DNA from: an uncultured Chloroflexia bacterium
GTDB taxonomy: Bacteria > Chloroflexota > Anaerolineae > Anaerolineales > Anaerolineaceae
Direction: 5' to 3'
NCBI GenBank assembly: GCA_963704755.1
Contig: OY969938.1
Location: 4,650,001 to 4,682,000 of the forward strand
DNA: 32,000 nt
In this document: positions 9,150 to 16,668 of the stretch, piece by piece
Layout: each line of letters opens with the position of its first letter
Position numbering within the stretch: position 1 is the first letter of the stretch
Notes under the pieces: generated by a model
Told to the model about the DNA's origin: nothing
Seen by the model: the letters and a program-made list of their open reading frames with translations, nothing else
The model's database searches: none
Position numbers and translations under genes: made by a program

Positions 9150-11444
9150 TTAAGGTGCAACCATAGGGTATAAACGAATTTTTCCGCAACCCCCGCCGCA
9201 TTCCCAATAACTACCGCTTTTATTTTTAGTAGGAAGTTGATGACATTTTTCACATAAGATGGCATCTGCAAAAGCGAGCACATTTTCTCCAAAGGTTCGA
9301 ACCATATTATCAGAAATTCCTGCCGAATCAGGGCTAAAATGCGCTCCTACCTGGTTACGAATCCATGTATCTGCTGTCACCGACTTAATCAAGGGAATTA
9401 AATCAATCGACTTTGTAATGATACCTGCATCATCCAGATGCTCCACCCGTAGCAATTTTTGTAGATTTTTGTCAATGCAATCCGCTAATTCTCCTAAAGT
9501 GTACCGCGCCAGTTGTTTGCGTGGCAACCTGCATTGATAACGAAGGGTTAACTCGTCTAATAATTGCTCTAACAAAATTCCGGCTCGAGAAGCAATCGCT
9601 TGCCTGTCAACCTTCGGGGCAGCAACAACATTGCGCAATTCATTGACAGCTAACGGTGCATGACTATGTTTAATGCCACTTTGCAAATCCCAGCCATATA
9701 ATTCGATCAATTCCGCTGGCATTCCCTTCCCCTGTCGAACACGGTCAAACCAGGCTCGTGAATGAGTTGTGATGATCACATGGCCAAAGTTTGGTGCCTC
9801 ATCGTTAATAAGCTCAATCACCCGGTCAAGGTGCGGGTCATCCACAGACATTAGCACGTCATCTAATACAACAAGAGCATTTTCAGATTGTTTGGCTAGC
9901 GCCAGATAAACGCACAGACCCAATGTATCCAAATGAGCTTCACTATAATAGGCGACAGGAGAAATATCATTGTTGGTGCCAAATTTTCCCTTCATGGTGA
10001 GGGATCCTATTGTATTGGGTTTCATACCAAAACTAGGCTCACCAAGAGGCTCATTAGGATGGATACGAGCATAAAGTGCACTGACAGTTCCGCTAATTCC
10101 ATCAACAATATTTTGAACATGCTGCTTACGTTCCTGTTCGACAACAGCTAGTATTGCTCCCAACCGTTGGGAAACGGCATGTTTCATGGCTAATGATTGA
10201 TTTAGATCATCGATTGTTGCCAGATGAGTGCTAATTGCATTATGTTGCGCGATTTTTTGATCCCCAGAAACTATATCAAGTTCCAAATCAGATCGATTCG
10301 CAGACATTTTTTGAATTAATTGACGAAATTCATCTGATGCTGGCGAACTTGGAATTGCAGATAACCCCTTTGTTAATTTTGTTTTGGCAGGAAATAGCAA
10401 TTTGTGTAATTCATTCGCTGCGGATTGCCACTTTAGGTTAGCGACACTCCTTGCACCTTCTGATTGCTGAATTGTTGATTTATATTGCTCTATTTGATTT
10501 ACTATGGATTGAATTGTTTTTAGTTGAGTTAATTGATAAGTTATTTGAGATAGTAAGGAATCGTGCGGTTCTGGTTTTGAACAAACCGGGCAACTATTCA
10601 TTTCTGAATGTTTCTCCAAATAGGTTTGTGCACTTTGAAGCGTTGAGACTAAATCTGCATTTGTTTGCTTTAAACTAGCTTCTTCTAGTTGTTTTAATAA
10701 TGTCGTTTGTTTCAATAAGTTAGTATTATATTTAGCTTCTTCTATGACTAATTCATTCTCTGATCGCACAGCAGTATCAAATAAATCTCTCAATTCTTTG
10801 TCTTTGGCTAATTGAGTTTTCAAATCCTCAATAGATAGTTGAATAGCTCCTCGTGCCCAGAATAAACAATCACCAACAGGTTTTCCTTCAGCCTCCCAAA
10901 ATTGCTGTAAAGTTGTTTCAGCGGTATCTTTTTGAGTAATAGAACGTGTTACATCCTCTGAGGCGGTTTTATTTGCTGCACGCAATGAAGTCTCAGCACT
11001 TTCGATTTGAGGAAAGACAATAAATTCCTTAAGGTTTTTATATCGATCTCCATCATTAACTTCCATTATGCGGGTGATATCAGCTCGCCGAAGAATAAAT
11101 GCACGGGGTTGAGAAGATGGAGTTGTTACTGGTCTCGCGCCCTGCAATTTTGCATTCCAGGTCTGACCTCCATATATCATTTCTATTTGCAAGTCCTTTG
11201 GTTGCCCCAATGAAGAAACTATGTGAGTATGATATGGGGTTGTTCCATTACGGAGCTGAAGAGAACCAAATTCATTATTGCAAATAAAATCCAGCGCATC
11301 GGCAACAGAAGATTTTCCTGACCCATTTTCACCAAAAATAAGGGCTATTGAATGTTGTTGTTGGAACTCGAATACCACTGGTAAAGTTGCCCCCCGGAAA
11401 GAAGAAATCTGCAATCTTTCAATGCGTTTCTTACCTGTGGCCAT
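9150..11444 (-). CDS. SMC/Rad50-like ABC ATPase with a coiled-coil CxxC hook and a C-terminal HEPN-like + Cys4 module (RloC-like candidate anticodon nuclease)
   Basis: Walker A is FGENGSGKSS. A ~330-aa heptad-rich insert has CPVC (nt 10581-10592) near its midpoint. The signature-like segment is YSEAHLDTLGLCVYLALA, Walker B is ALVVLDDV and the H-loop is IITTHS. A ~170-aa tail carries RNQVGAH (nt 9339-9359) and CEKC...CGGGC (nt 9186-9254). The ATG at 11444 is preceded by GGGAGG; the track start at 11471 is a TTG. Confidence 0.7.
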   Translation of the reverse strand: MATGKKRIERLQISSFRGATLPVVFEFQQQHSIALIFGENGSGKSSVADALDFICNNEFGSLQLRNGTTPYHTHIVSSLGQPKDLQIEMIYGGQTWNAKLQGARPVTTPSSQPRAFILRRADITRIMEVNDGDRYKNLKEFIVFPQIESAETSLRAANKTASEDVTRSITQKDTAETTLQQFWEAEGKPVGDCLFWARGAIQLSIEDLKTQLAKDKELRDLFDTAVRSENELVIEEAKYNTNLLKQTTLLKQLEEASLKQTNADLVSTLQSAQTYLEKHSEMNSCPVCSKPEPHDSLLSQITYQLTQLKTIQSIVNQIEQYKSTIQQSEGARSVANLKWQSAANELHKLLFPAKTKLTKGLSAIPSSPASDEFRQLIQKMSANRSDLELDIVSGDQKIAQHNAISTHLATIDDLNQSLAMKHAVSQRLGAILAVVEQERKQHVQNIVDGISGTVSALYARIHPNEPLGEPSFGMKPNTIGSLTMKGKFGTNNDISPVAYYSEAHLDTLGLCVYLALAKQSENALVVLDDVLMSVDDPHLDRVIELINDEAPNFGHVIITTHSRAWFDRVRQGKGMPAELIELYGWDLQSGIKHSHAPLAVNELRNVVAAPKVDRQAIASRAGILLEQLLDELTLRYQCRLPRKQLARYTLGELADCIDKNLQKLLRVEHLDDAGIITKSIDLIPLIKSVTADTWIRNQVGAHFSPDSAGISDNMVRTFGENVLAFADAILCEKCHQLPTKNKSGSYWECGGGCGKIRLYPMVAP

Positions 11445-11643
11445 CAAGTCCTCCCGTTTCTTCGATTTCAATTGTTTTTTCTATCAATAATTGCCAATCC
11501 TCTGGTTTGGATACGCCTCCTACCAATATTTTTATTGCTTCGGGACCATATATCGCAGGTAGTAACCCTTCACTAACTAACCGGGTCACAGTCTTTTTTG
11601 CTAACAACTCGCAAGGTGTCGTGTACGGAATTTCATCTATCAT
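11431..11643 (-). CDS. Small (70 aa) acidic-tailed protein of unknown function, translationally coupled to the ABC ATPase
   Basis: A strong SD (GGAGGA) lies 6 nt upstream of the ATG at 11643. Its last 14 nt overlap the ATPase ATG (GATGGCCACAGGTAA). I recognise no family. Confidence 0.6.
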   Translation of the reverse strand: MIDEIPYTTPCELLAKKTVTRLVSEGLLPAIYGPEAIKILVGGVSKPEDWQLLIEKTIEIEETGGLDGHR

Positions 11644-11708
11644 TTTTTATCCTCCACTAATTGCAAATCCCCACCAATTAGAAAACGTCCATTGTTACAA
11701 AAGATTTG

Positions 11709-14561
11709 CTAAATAATCTCCCAACGGATGCAAAACAATTTTGAAAGCGATTGCTGTTGAGTCATTCGGCTCTCAGTATCCCTAATTATTTCATCTCTTT
11801 GAGTGTCTATTTCGTCTTGCGCTTGGAAAAGAGCCCGACGTTTCTCCGTTCTTTCTTTTTCAAGAGATTTCACTTCTTTTTGAGCCGCAAGTTTTTCTTC
11901 TAAAGTCAAAGCAGCGATGGCATAACGCCGGGCTTCTTTGATTCTTCGATCATATTCTTTAATTTCCCGCTCCAACATGACTTTGCGATCATCCGACCAG
12001 GCTTCTAATTTACTAATTTCGGCCTCGAAGATTTTTGCATTCCTCAGACTAATTTCTAACAGAATGGTTTTTTGAACATCCGCTGTTTGACCATCAAGGG
12101 TAGGGGGTGGTTCGATCAGTTCGGTTCTACCATTAACTTGTGCAGGCAGTTGAAACAATCTTCGAGCTATGTCTTCTTCTAATAATTTCCCATCATCGCT
12201 GAATGCAGTCCAAATCAGCCTATCTTCAATTTGAGAAAGTGACTCAACAGATAATTGAGATAATTGACACCACCCTTGTTTTACTGGCAAGTTTTCAAGA
12301 ATGGTAACTTTATTGGGGGCACTGGAATAATCAAAAATCAATTCAGCGAGCACTAGAGAACGCTTTTTCGCCTGTTCAATTACTTGTTGCGCCAGAGGAT
12401 GAGATAAACGATAAAAATATGCATCGCCTGAACGGCGCGGCAACTCATAAAGACCGGTCGGTATATCCTCATGCCCATAACGGCCATCATTCAGAACAAA
12501 CGAAGAATCGCTAATAAAATTGGCATGGCCATCTAATTCAAAAGCGGTCAGCTGCATTAACATCTGCTCATACCGATTAAGATTTTGTCGTGTATCGATT
12601 GCTCGAATACGCAACTTCTCTTTTACTTCATCATCAAAATGTTCTAGCAAAGATTGGCGAGCATAAGTCATAGCTTCTTGGATTTGGTCACTTAATTCTT
12701 CTTGCAATTGATCAAAAGAGGCGTTTATTTCTTCTGAGGTTCGACAATTCTGGTAAATATCAGCAATGCGCGTCTCAAAGGCAACACCTGATTCAATTGC
12801 ACCTAAAACTTCATCACTGGCACCAAAGACTCCAGCAAAAAGTTGAAATTTTTGGTCCAGAAGTTCATAAACTCGTTGATCAGCAGCGTTCTTTTTGTTT
12901 AGAAAATTAACCACAACAACGTCGTATTGCTGACCATAACGATGACAACGGCCAATTCGCTGTTCCACCCTTTGTGGGTTCCATGGAAGATCATAATTTA
13001 CAACCAAAGAACAAAATTGCAAATTAATACCTTCCGCTCCCGCTTCTGTAGCGATCATAATCTGACCTTCATCATGAAAGTAATCTACCAGCGCGGAACG
13101 CATATCAGCTGTTCGGGATCCGGTTACCCGGTCTGTACCTTTGAATCGGGTTATCCAATCGTTATAAATTTGTTTCGATTTAGCATCATTGTTGGAACCA
13201 TTAAACAAAACGACACCATCTTGATATGGGCTGTCTATCAATAATTTTAAAAGGTACTCCTGGGTTCGGCGAGATTCAGTAAAAATAAGTGCTTTGGGGG
13301 CTGAACCGACTTCAGCTGCTTTGGTAAAAGCTGTCTCTAAGGCTTTCAGTAAGGCTTTCCCTTTAGCGTTTTCGGTAATCGATATTGCCAGGGTGTAAAA
13401 CCCCCTTAGTTCAATAATCTCCGCTTCCAGGGCTTTTCGCTCGGTTTGTGTCAGATCAGGAGGTTCATCCTGCTGATCCCACTCCTCGGCTATTTCATCC
13501 AAAGCTTCATAATCCTCATCCAAAGTATCTTCAAGCGATTTGAGAGATGATTCGGCTTCATCGAGTTTTTTTTGCAGGCGTTTAGCCATTTTATCGAGGG
13601 CACTTGCAATAGCAAAGGAAGAACTTGCAAGCAATTTTCTAAGGACCAAAGTAAGCAATTGGCGTTGACTCGAAGGCAAAGCATGCAATTCTGGTTTACG
13701 CAGATATTCGGAAACCAGGTCATAAAGGATTAATTCGTCATTGCCGGGGGTAAATTCCTGTAAAATGGGCAAGCGTTTGGTGTACTTAATGTAAGGCAGG
13801 ACTTGGCTGCGTAAAGTGCGCTGGCATATAGGTTTTAACCTTGCCTTGAGGGTTAGAAAAGTACTTGGATCATTTAGATCACTGAATTGCTCTCGAAAAC
13901 TTCTAAGATCACCAAAGGTATACTCGTCAATAAAACTGACTAAACCAAATAATTCAAGCAGCGAATTTTGCAAGGGTGTAGCGGTTAGTAATAATTTATT
14001 AAACCCTTTAAGTGTGTCGCGAAGTTCATTTGCAATTTTATTGGATTTTTTGTACACATTACGGAGGCGATGAGCTTCATCAATCACAACCAGATCCCAT
14101 GGAATGCGCATAACCTCAGAAGATTTATTGCGGGCAAAATGATAAGAGCAGATGGTTATATTATCCCCTTCAAAGGGATTGCGTTTACTTTCTTTATAAA
14201 TATGATTGAATGATTTTGTTTCCAGAATTTGACATGGTAAAAAGAATTTTTCTTGCAATTCCTGAAACCATTGTTTGCGTAAATTTGAGGGGGTAATAAC
14301 TAAAATATGTCGTTTTCGTTCTGCCCAACATTGTGAAATGACAAGTCCAGCCTCAATGGTTTTTCCCAGCCCTACCTCATCGGCTAACAAAGCCCCTTTT
14401 GAAAGTGGCGATCCAAAGGCAAATAAGGCGGCATCAACTTGATGCGGGTTCAGATCCACTTGTGCATCCACCAGAGTTCCAGCAAGTTTTTCAGGATCAT
14501 CAGCTGAATGTCGCTTGGTTAATTCGTAGGCAAAGTATTTAGCGTGATATGCAGTAAGCAT
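11709..14561 (-). CDS. SNF2/RAD54-family SF2 helicase with a ~400-aa C-terminal extension ending in a coiled coil
   Basis: 950 aa. Motif I is LADEVGLGKTIEAG, motif II is VVIDEAHRLRN, motif III is LLLTATPLQNSLLELF, and motifs V/VI are ATEAGAEGINLQ...NPQRVEQRIGRCHRYGQ. The N-terminal YHAKYFAYELT and the charged heptad-rich tail (aa ~850-930) lie outside the helicase core. Confidence 0.9.
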   Translation of the reverse strand: MLTAYHAKYFAYELTKRHSADDPEKLAGTLVDAQVDLNPHQVDAALFAFGSPLSKGALLADEVGLGKTIEAGLVISQCWAERKRHILVITPSNLRKQWFQELQEKFFLPCQILETKSFNHIYKESKRNPFEGDNITICSYHFARNKSSEVMRIPWDLVVIDEAHRLRNVYKKSNKIANELRDTLKGFNKLLLTATPLQNSLLELFGLVSFIDEYTFGDLRSFREQFSDLNDPSTFLTLKARLKPICQRTLRSQVLPYIKYTKRLPILQEFTPGNDELILYDLVSEYLRKPELHALPSSQRQLLTLVLRKLLASSSFAIASALDKMAKRLQKKLDEAESSLKSLEDTLDEDYEALDEIAEEWDQQDEPPDLTQTERKALEAEIIELRGFYTLAISITENAKGKALLKALETAFTKAAEVGSAPKALIFTESRRTQEYLLKLLIDSPYQDGVVLFNGSNNDAKSKQIYNDWITRFKGTDRVTGSRTADMRSALVDYFHDEGQIMIATEAGAEGINLQFCSLVVNYDLPWNPQRVEQRIGRCHRYGQQYDVVVVNFLNKKNAADQRVYELLDQKFQLFAGVFGASDEVLGAIESGVAFETRIADIYQNCRTSEEINASFDQLQEELSDQIQEAMTYARQSLLEHFDDEVKEKLRIRAIDTRQNLNRYEQMLMQLTAFELDGHANFISDSSFVLNDGRYGHEDIPTGLYELPRRSGDAYFYRLSHPLAQQVIEQAKKRSLVLAELIFDYSSAPNKVTILENLPVKQGWCQLSQLSVESLSQIEDRLIWTAFSDDGKLLEEDIARRLFQLPAQVNGRTELIEPPPTLDGQTADVQKTILLEISLRNAKIFEAEISKLEAWSDDRKVMLEREIKEYDRRIKEARRYAIAALTLEEKLAAQKEVKSLEKERTEKRRALFQAQDEIDTQRDEIIRDTESRMTQQQSLSKLFCIRWEII

Positions 14562-14600
14562 TTTTTTCTCAGTTTAATAAGTGGTATTTTTGCATGAAGA

Positions 14601-14843
14601 TTATGCTAAAGGAGAAATCTTTTCGTAAACTAAAAGATCCCCCACTTGGCAATCAAAATATTCACACAAAGCCTTAATCACGGGTGCGTCATAGCGGGAT
14701 ACTTGATTGTTCGCCCAGGAGTTGAGTGTAGACCAGGCAATGCCGGTCTCGCGCTGCACATCCATCAAAGCAATGTTTTGCTGCTGTATGGTCGCTTTTT
14801 GAGCCAACAAAATGCGAAAGTGATTGACAATTTTTCCGGTCAT
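14601..14843 (-). CDS. XRE/Cro-C1-type helix-turn-helix transcriptional regulator
   Basis: 80 aa. NIALMDVQRETGIAWSTLNSWANN fits the XRE HTH pattern and ALCEYFDCQVGDLL is the typical C-terminal helix. GAGG lies upstream of the ATG. Confidence 0.8.
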   Translation of the reverse strand: MTGKIVNHFRILLAQKATIQQQNIALMDVQRETGIAWSTLNSWANNQVSRYDAPVIKALCEYFDCQVGDLLVYEKISPLA

Positions 14844-14871
14844 ATGTGACCTCGCGTAGCATCTTTCTTAA

Positions 14872-14900
14872 ATCATAGGTGAGGACACACAATTTGTCAA
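14872..14900 (-). promoter_or_regulatory. Near-consensus sigma-70-type promoter for the XRE gene (and possibly the whole minus-strand train)
   Basis: On the minus strand: TTGACA (14900..14895), a 17-nt spacer, then TATGAT (14877..14872), about 28 nt upstream of the XRE ATG. Confidence 0.5.
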
Positions 14901-14949
14901 CGAAAATAGAGCACAAGTCGATTATGATCCATGTTTTTCAAATAATGAT

Positions 14950-14973
14950 AAAATAGAATATAAATTCTATTTT
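14950..14973. promoter_or_regulatory. Perfect palindrome AAAATAGAAT-ataa-ATTCTATTTT in the divergent intergenic region (candidate operator)
   Basis: Perfect 10-bp arms at 14950-14959 and 14964-14973, lying between the minus-strand XRE gene and the plus-strand module. Confidence 0.4.
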
Positions 14974-15197
14974 TAAAAGTCCAATAATAAAATCACCGGT
15001 AAAAAAAGACATGATCAACCTAAGTACCTATCAACTCTTCTTTCAGCCAGTTCATTCGCCTCCACAACGTTGGATAGTAACCATAGTGGCTTGCTTCGGT
15101 TCTGTCTATGAGCCAGGGTTATTCACATACCAAGTTTTAACAACAAATGCTCTGCAGATTTTCTGTGGCAAATGGGGAAATATTGGGAGGATTGTTT

Positions 15198-16121
15198 ATG
15201 AGGAGATCAAACCAGGTAAAAGCCAAATTCGCTTTGAGCCGCTACAAGCCATCAATTCTGATGAGTTACCTAAATATGAAATACTTATTCGCGAGGAGGC
15301 AGTTGGTCCTAGAGGAAGAACTCGCTGAAATTTTAGGTCAAGAAGACATTGTCAAATTAAACCTAATGGAAGCACTTTACGAAAAACGTACTGAACGTCG
15401 ACAAGAATTTATCGCTTGGTTAATCGGCCGGCTTCAGATCTTTGGGTATCATAATCTTCCACCGGATATGAAACCAAATCCTACTGAAAAAATTGAAGAA
15501 CATTTTGATTTTCCCATTAAAGGTACACCAGCTGAGTTTGGCGTCATGCTCCGGCAGTTTACCCAGATACTACATTCTCAAACTGAACATCACCAATTAG
15601 TATGCCAAACCCTTAATCCGGGCAACCATAAAGATATTAGTAGCATTCCTTCAGATGCTAACCCTGTTGAGGTAAAGCTTACTGCTGGAAAAAACCTGCT
15701 ATCAATTCATGCCCATGTTCTTCCCTCAACAGGATCGTTATTGCGTATACATTTGAATGGGGATAGAACCCTATGGCTCCTATGGGATAAAATTCGAGAT
15801 GAACTTGAAAAATTGGGGTGGTTTTCATTACCTGATATTCCAGAAGAACCTGCTCGTAATGAAATTAAACCAGAACCCCAACCTCAAGAAAAATTACCTC
15901 CTTCTGAAGTATGGATGGGCATTCCAGATGTGGGTGCTAACCGGGAGATACTCCGTTTCTGGTATCAGGGATTTACTTGCGGGCAGATTGCTGTTCGAGT
16001 AGGTCTGAATGGAAAAACGGTCCTCAATCGGATCAATAAATTAAGAAATGAATTTGGTATCCAGATAGTTCCTTATCGAAAGTCAAATTTCATCAAGAAA
16101 CCGAAAGATAAACCCTCCTGA
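15198..16121 (+). CDS. Hypothetical protein with a C-terminal sigma-70 region 4/LuxR-like HTH. It may be the 3' part of a longer gene beginning at 15011.
   Basis: GGGAGG lies 7 nt upstream of the ATG at 15198. The C-terminus is ILRFWYQGFTCGQIAVRVGLNGKTVLNRINKLRNEFG. ORF 15011..15328 overlaps it in the -1-relative frame and reads like genuine protein. Confidence 0.55.
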   Translation: MRRSNQVKAKFALSRYKPSILMSYLNMKYLFARRQLVLEEELAEILGQEDIVKLNLMEALYEKRTERRQEFIAWLIGRLQIFGYHNLPPDMKPNPTEKIEEHFDFPIKGTPAEFGVMLRQFTQILHSQTEHHQLVCQTLNPGNHKDISSIPSDANPVEVKLTAGKNLLSIHAHVLPSTGSLLRIHLNGDRTLWLLWDKIRDELEKLGWFSLPDIPEEPARNEIKPEPQPQEKLPPSEVWMGIPDVGANREILRFWYQGFTCGQIAVRVGLNGKTVLNRINKLRNEFGIQIVPYRKSNFIKKPKDKPS

Positions 16122-16131
16122 CTTATTATTT

Positions 16132-16192
16132 GGGATAAAAAGGGATATTCAAGGGATAAAGAGGGATATGCAGGGCACTTGAACAAGGGATA
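16132..16192. repeat. Iteron-like array: five GGGATA repeats plus one degenerate GGGCA, at roughly one helical turn spacing
   Basis: GGGATA starts at 16132, 16142, 16153, 16163 and 16187; GGGCA starts at 16173. Spacings are 10, 11, 10, 10 and 14 nt. The array begins 11 nt after the HTH gene stop. Confidence 0.7.
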
Positions 16193-16210
16193 TTCCAAAT
16201 GGCAGAATGG

Positions 16211-16241
16211 CGACGTTGAATCAAACGTCGTCATTTTTTTT
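16211..16241 (+). terminator. Rho-independent terminator/attenuator between the iteron array and the replication operon
   Basis: CGACGTT (16211-16217) pairs with AACGTCG (16224-16230) around a 6-nt loop. TCA and then eight T (16234-16241) follow. The AAAGGAG RBS of the next gene starts 5 nt later. Confidence 0.55.
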
Positions 16242-16256
16242 GCCAAAAGGAGTTCT

Positions 16257-16460
16257 ATGCTCAATTGTCTCAAAGTTTTGTTTGAACAGCCGGAGTTTTC
16301 AGCCCTGATCCATCTCTCTGAACGTGAGATGCGCACGCCGGCTGACCAGGTGCGCCTCATCGTCCGACTGGAACTTGTCCGGCGGGGATTGCTGCAGGAT
16401 ACCCTACCCAACCTCAATCATCCACAGGAGGATAGCCTCAAACATGAATCAACCTGCTGA
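16257..16460 (+). CDS. Small ribbon-helix-helix (CopG/Arc-like) protein, candidate
   Basis: AAAGGAG lies 5 nt upstream of the ATG at 16257. LKVLFEQPEFSALIHLSEREMRTPADQVRLIVRLELVRRG fits a beta-strand/helix/helix RHH pattern. The upstream part of the track ORF (16179-) lacks an RBS. Confidence 0.45.
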   Translation: MLNCLKVLFEQPEFSALIHLSEREMRTPADQVRLIVRLELVRRGLLQDTLPNLNHPQEDSLKHESTC

Positions 16461-16668
16461 AACCCTCCAATTGTCACAGGAGGAGCAGGGCAGGTTGTTA
16501 GCGCGCGTCTACGCTTTCATCCTCAGCGATCAATTTACAGGAACACAAAAAGAAATTAATGCGGTCGAAACAGACCAGAAAATCTCAAAGAATAGCAAGA
16601 ACAATAAACACGTAATCTCACAAGAAATAGACGCTCAATTTGTCCAAAACCAGGAGCCATTGCCATGA
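16444..16668 (+). CDS. Small hypothetical protein (74 aa)
   Basis: The ATG at 16444 overlaps the end of the RHH gene. Its stop overlaps the next gene's start (ATGA at 16665-16668), which suggests operon-style coupling. Confidence 0.4.
   Translation: MNQPAETLQLSQEEQGRLLARVYAFILSDQFTGTQKEINAVETDQKISKNSKNNKHVISQEIDAQFVQNQEPLP

Noticed and set aside
929-14561. Considered classifying the locus as DISARM, BREX, Zorya or Druantia because of the SNF2 helicase + methyltransferase
   Set aside because: Several hallmark genes are absent: DUF1998/DrmB, the DrmA helicase, the PLD nuclease, PglZ/BrxC/BrxL, ZorAB and DruE-type genes. The methyltransferase has a canonical Type III Mod layout and is translationally coupled to a Type III Res.
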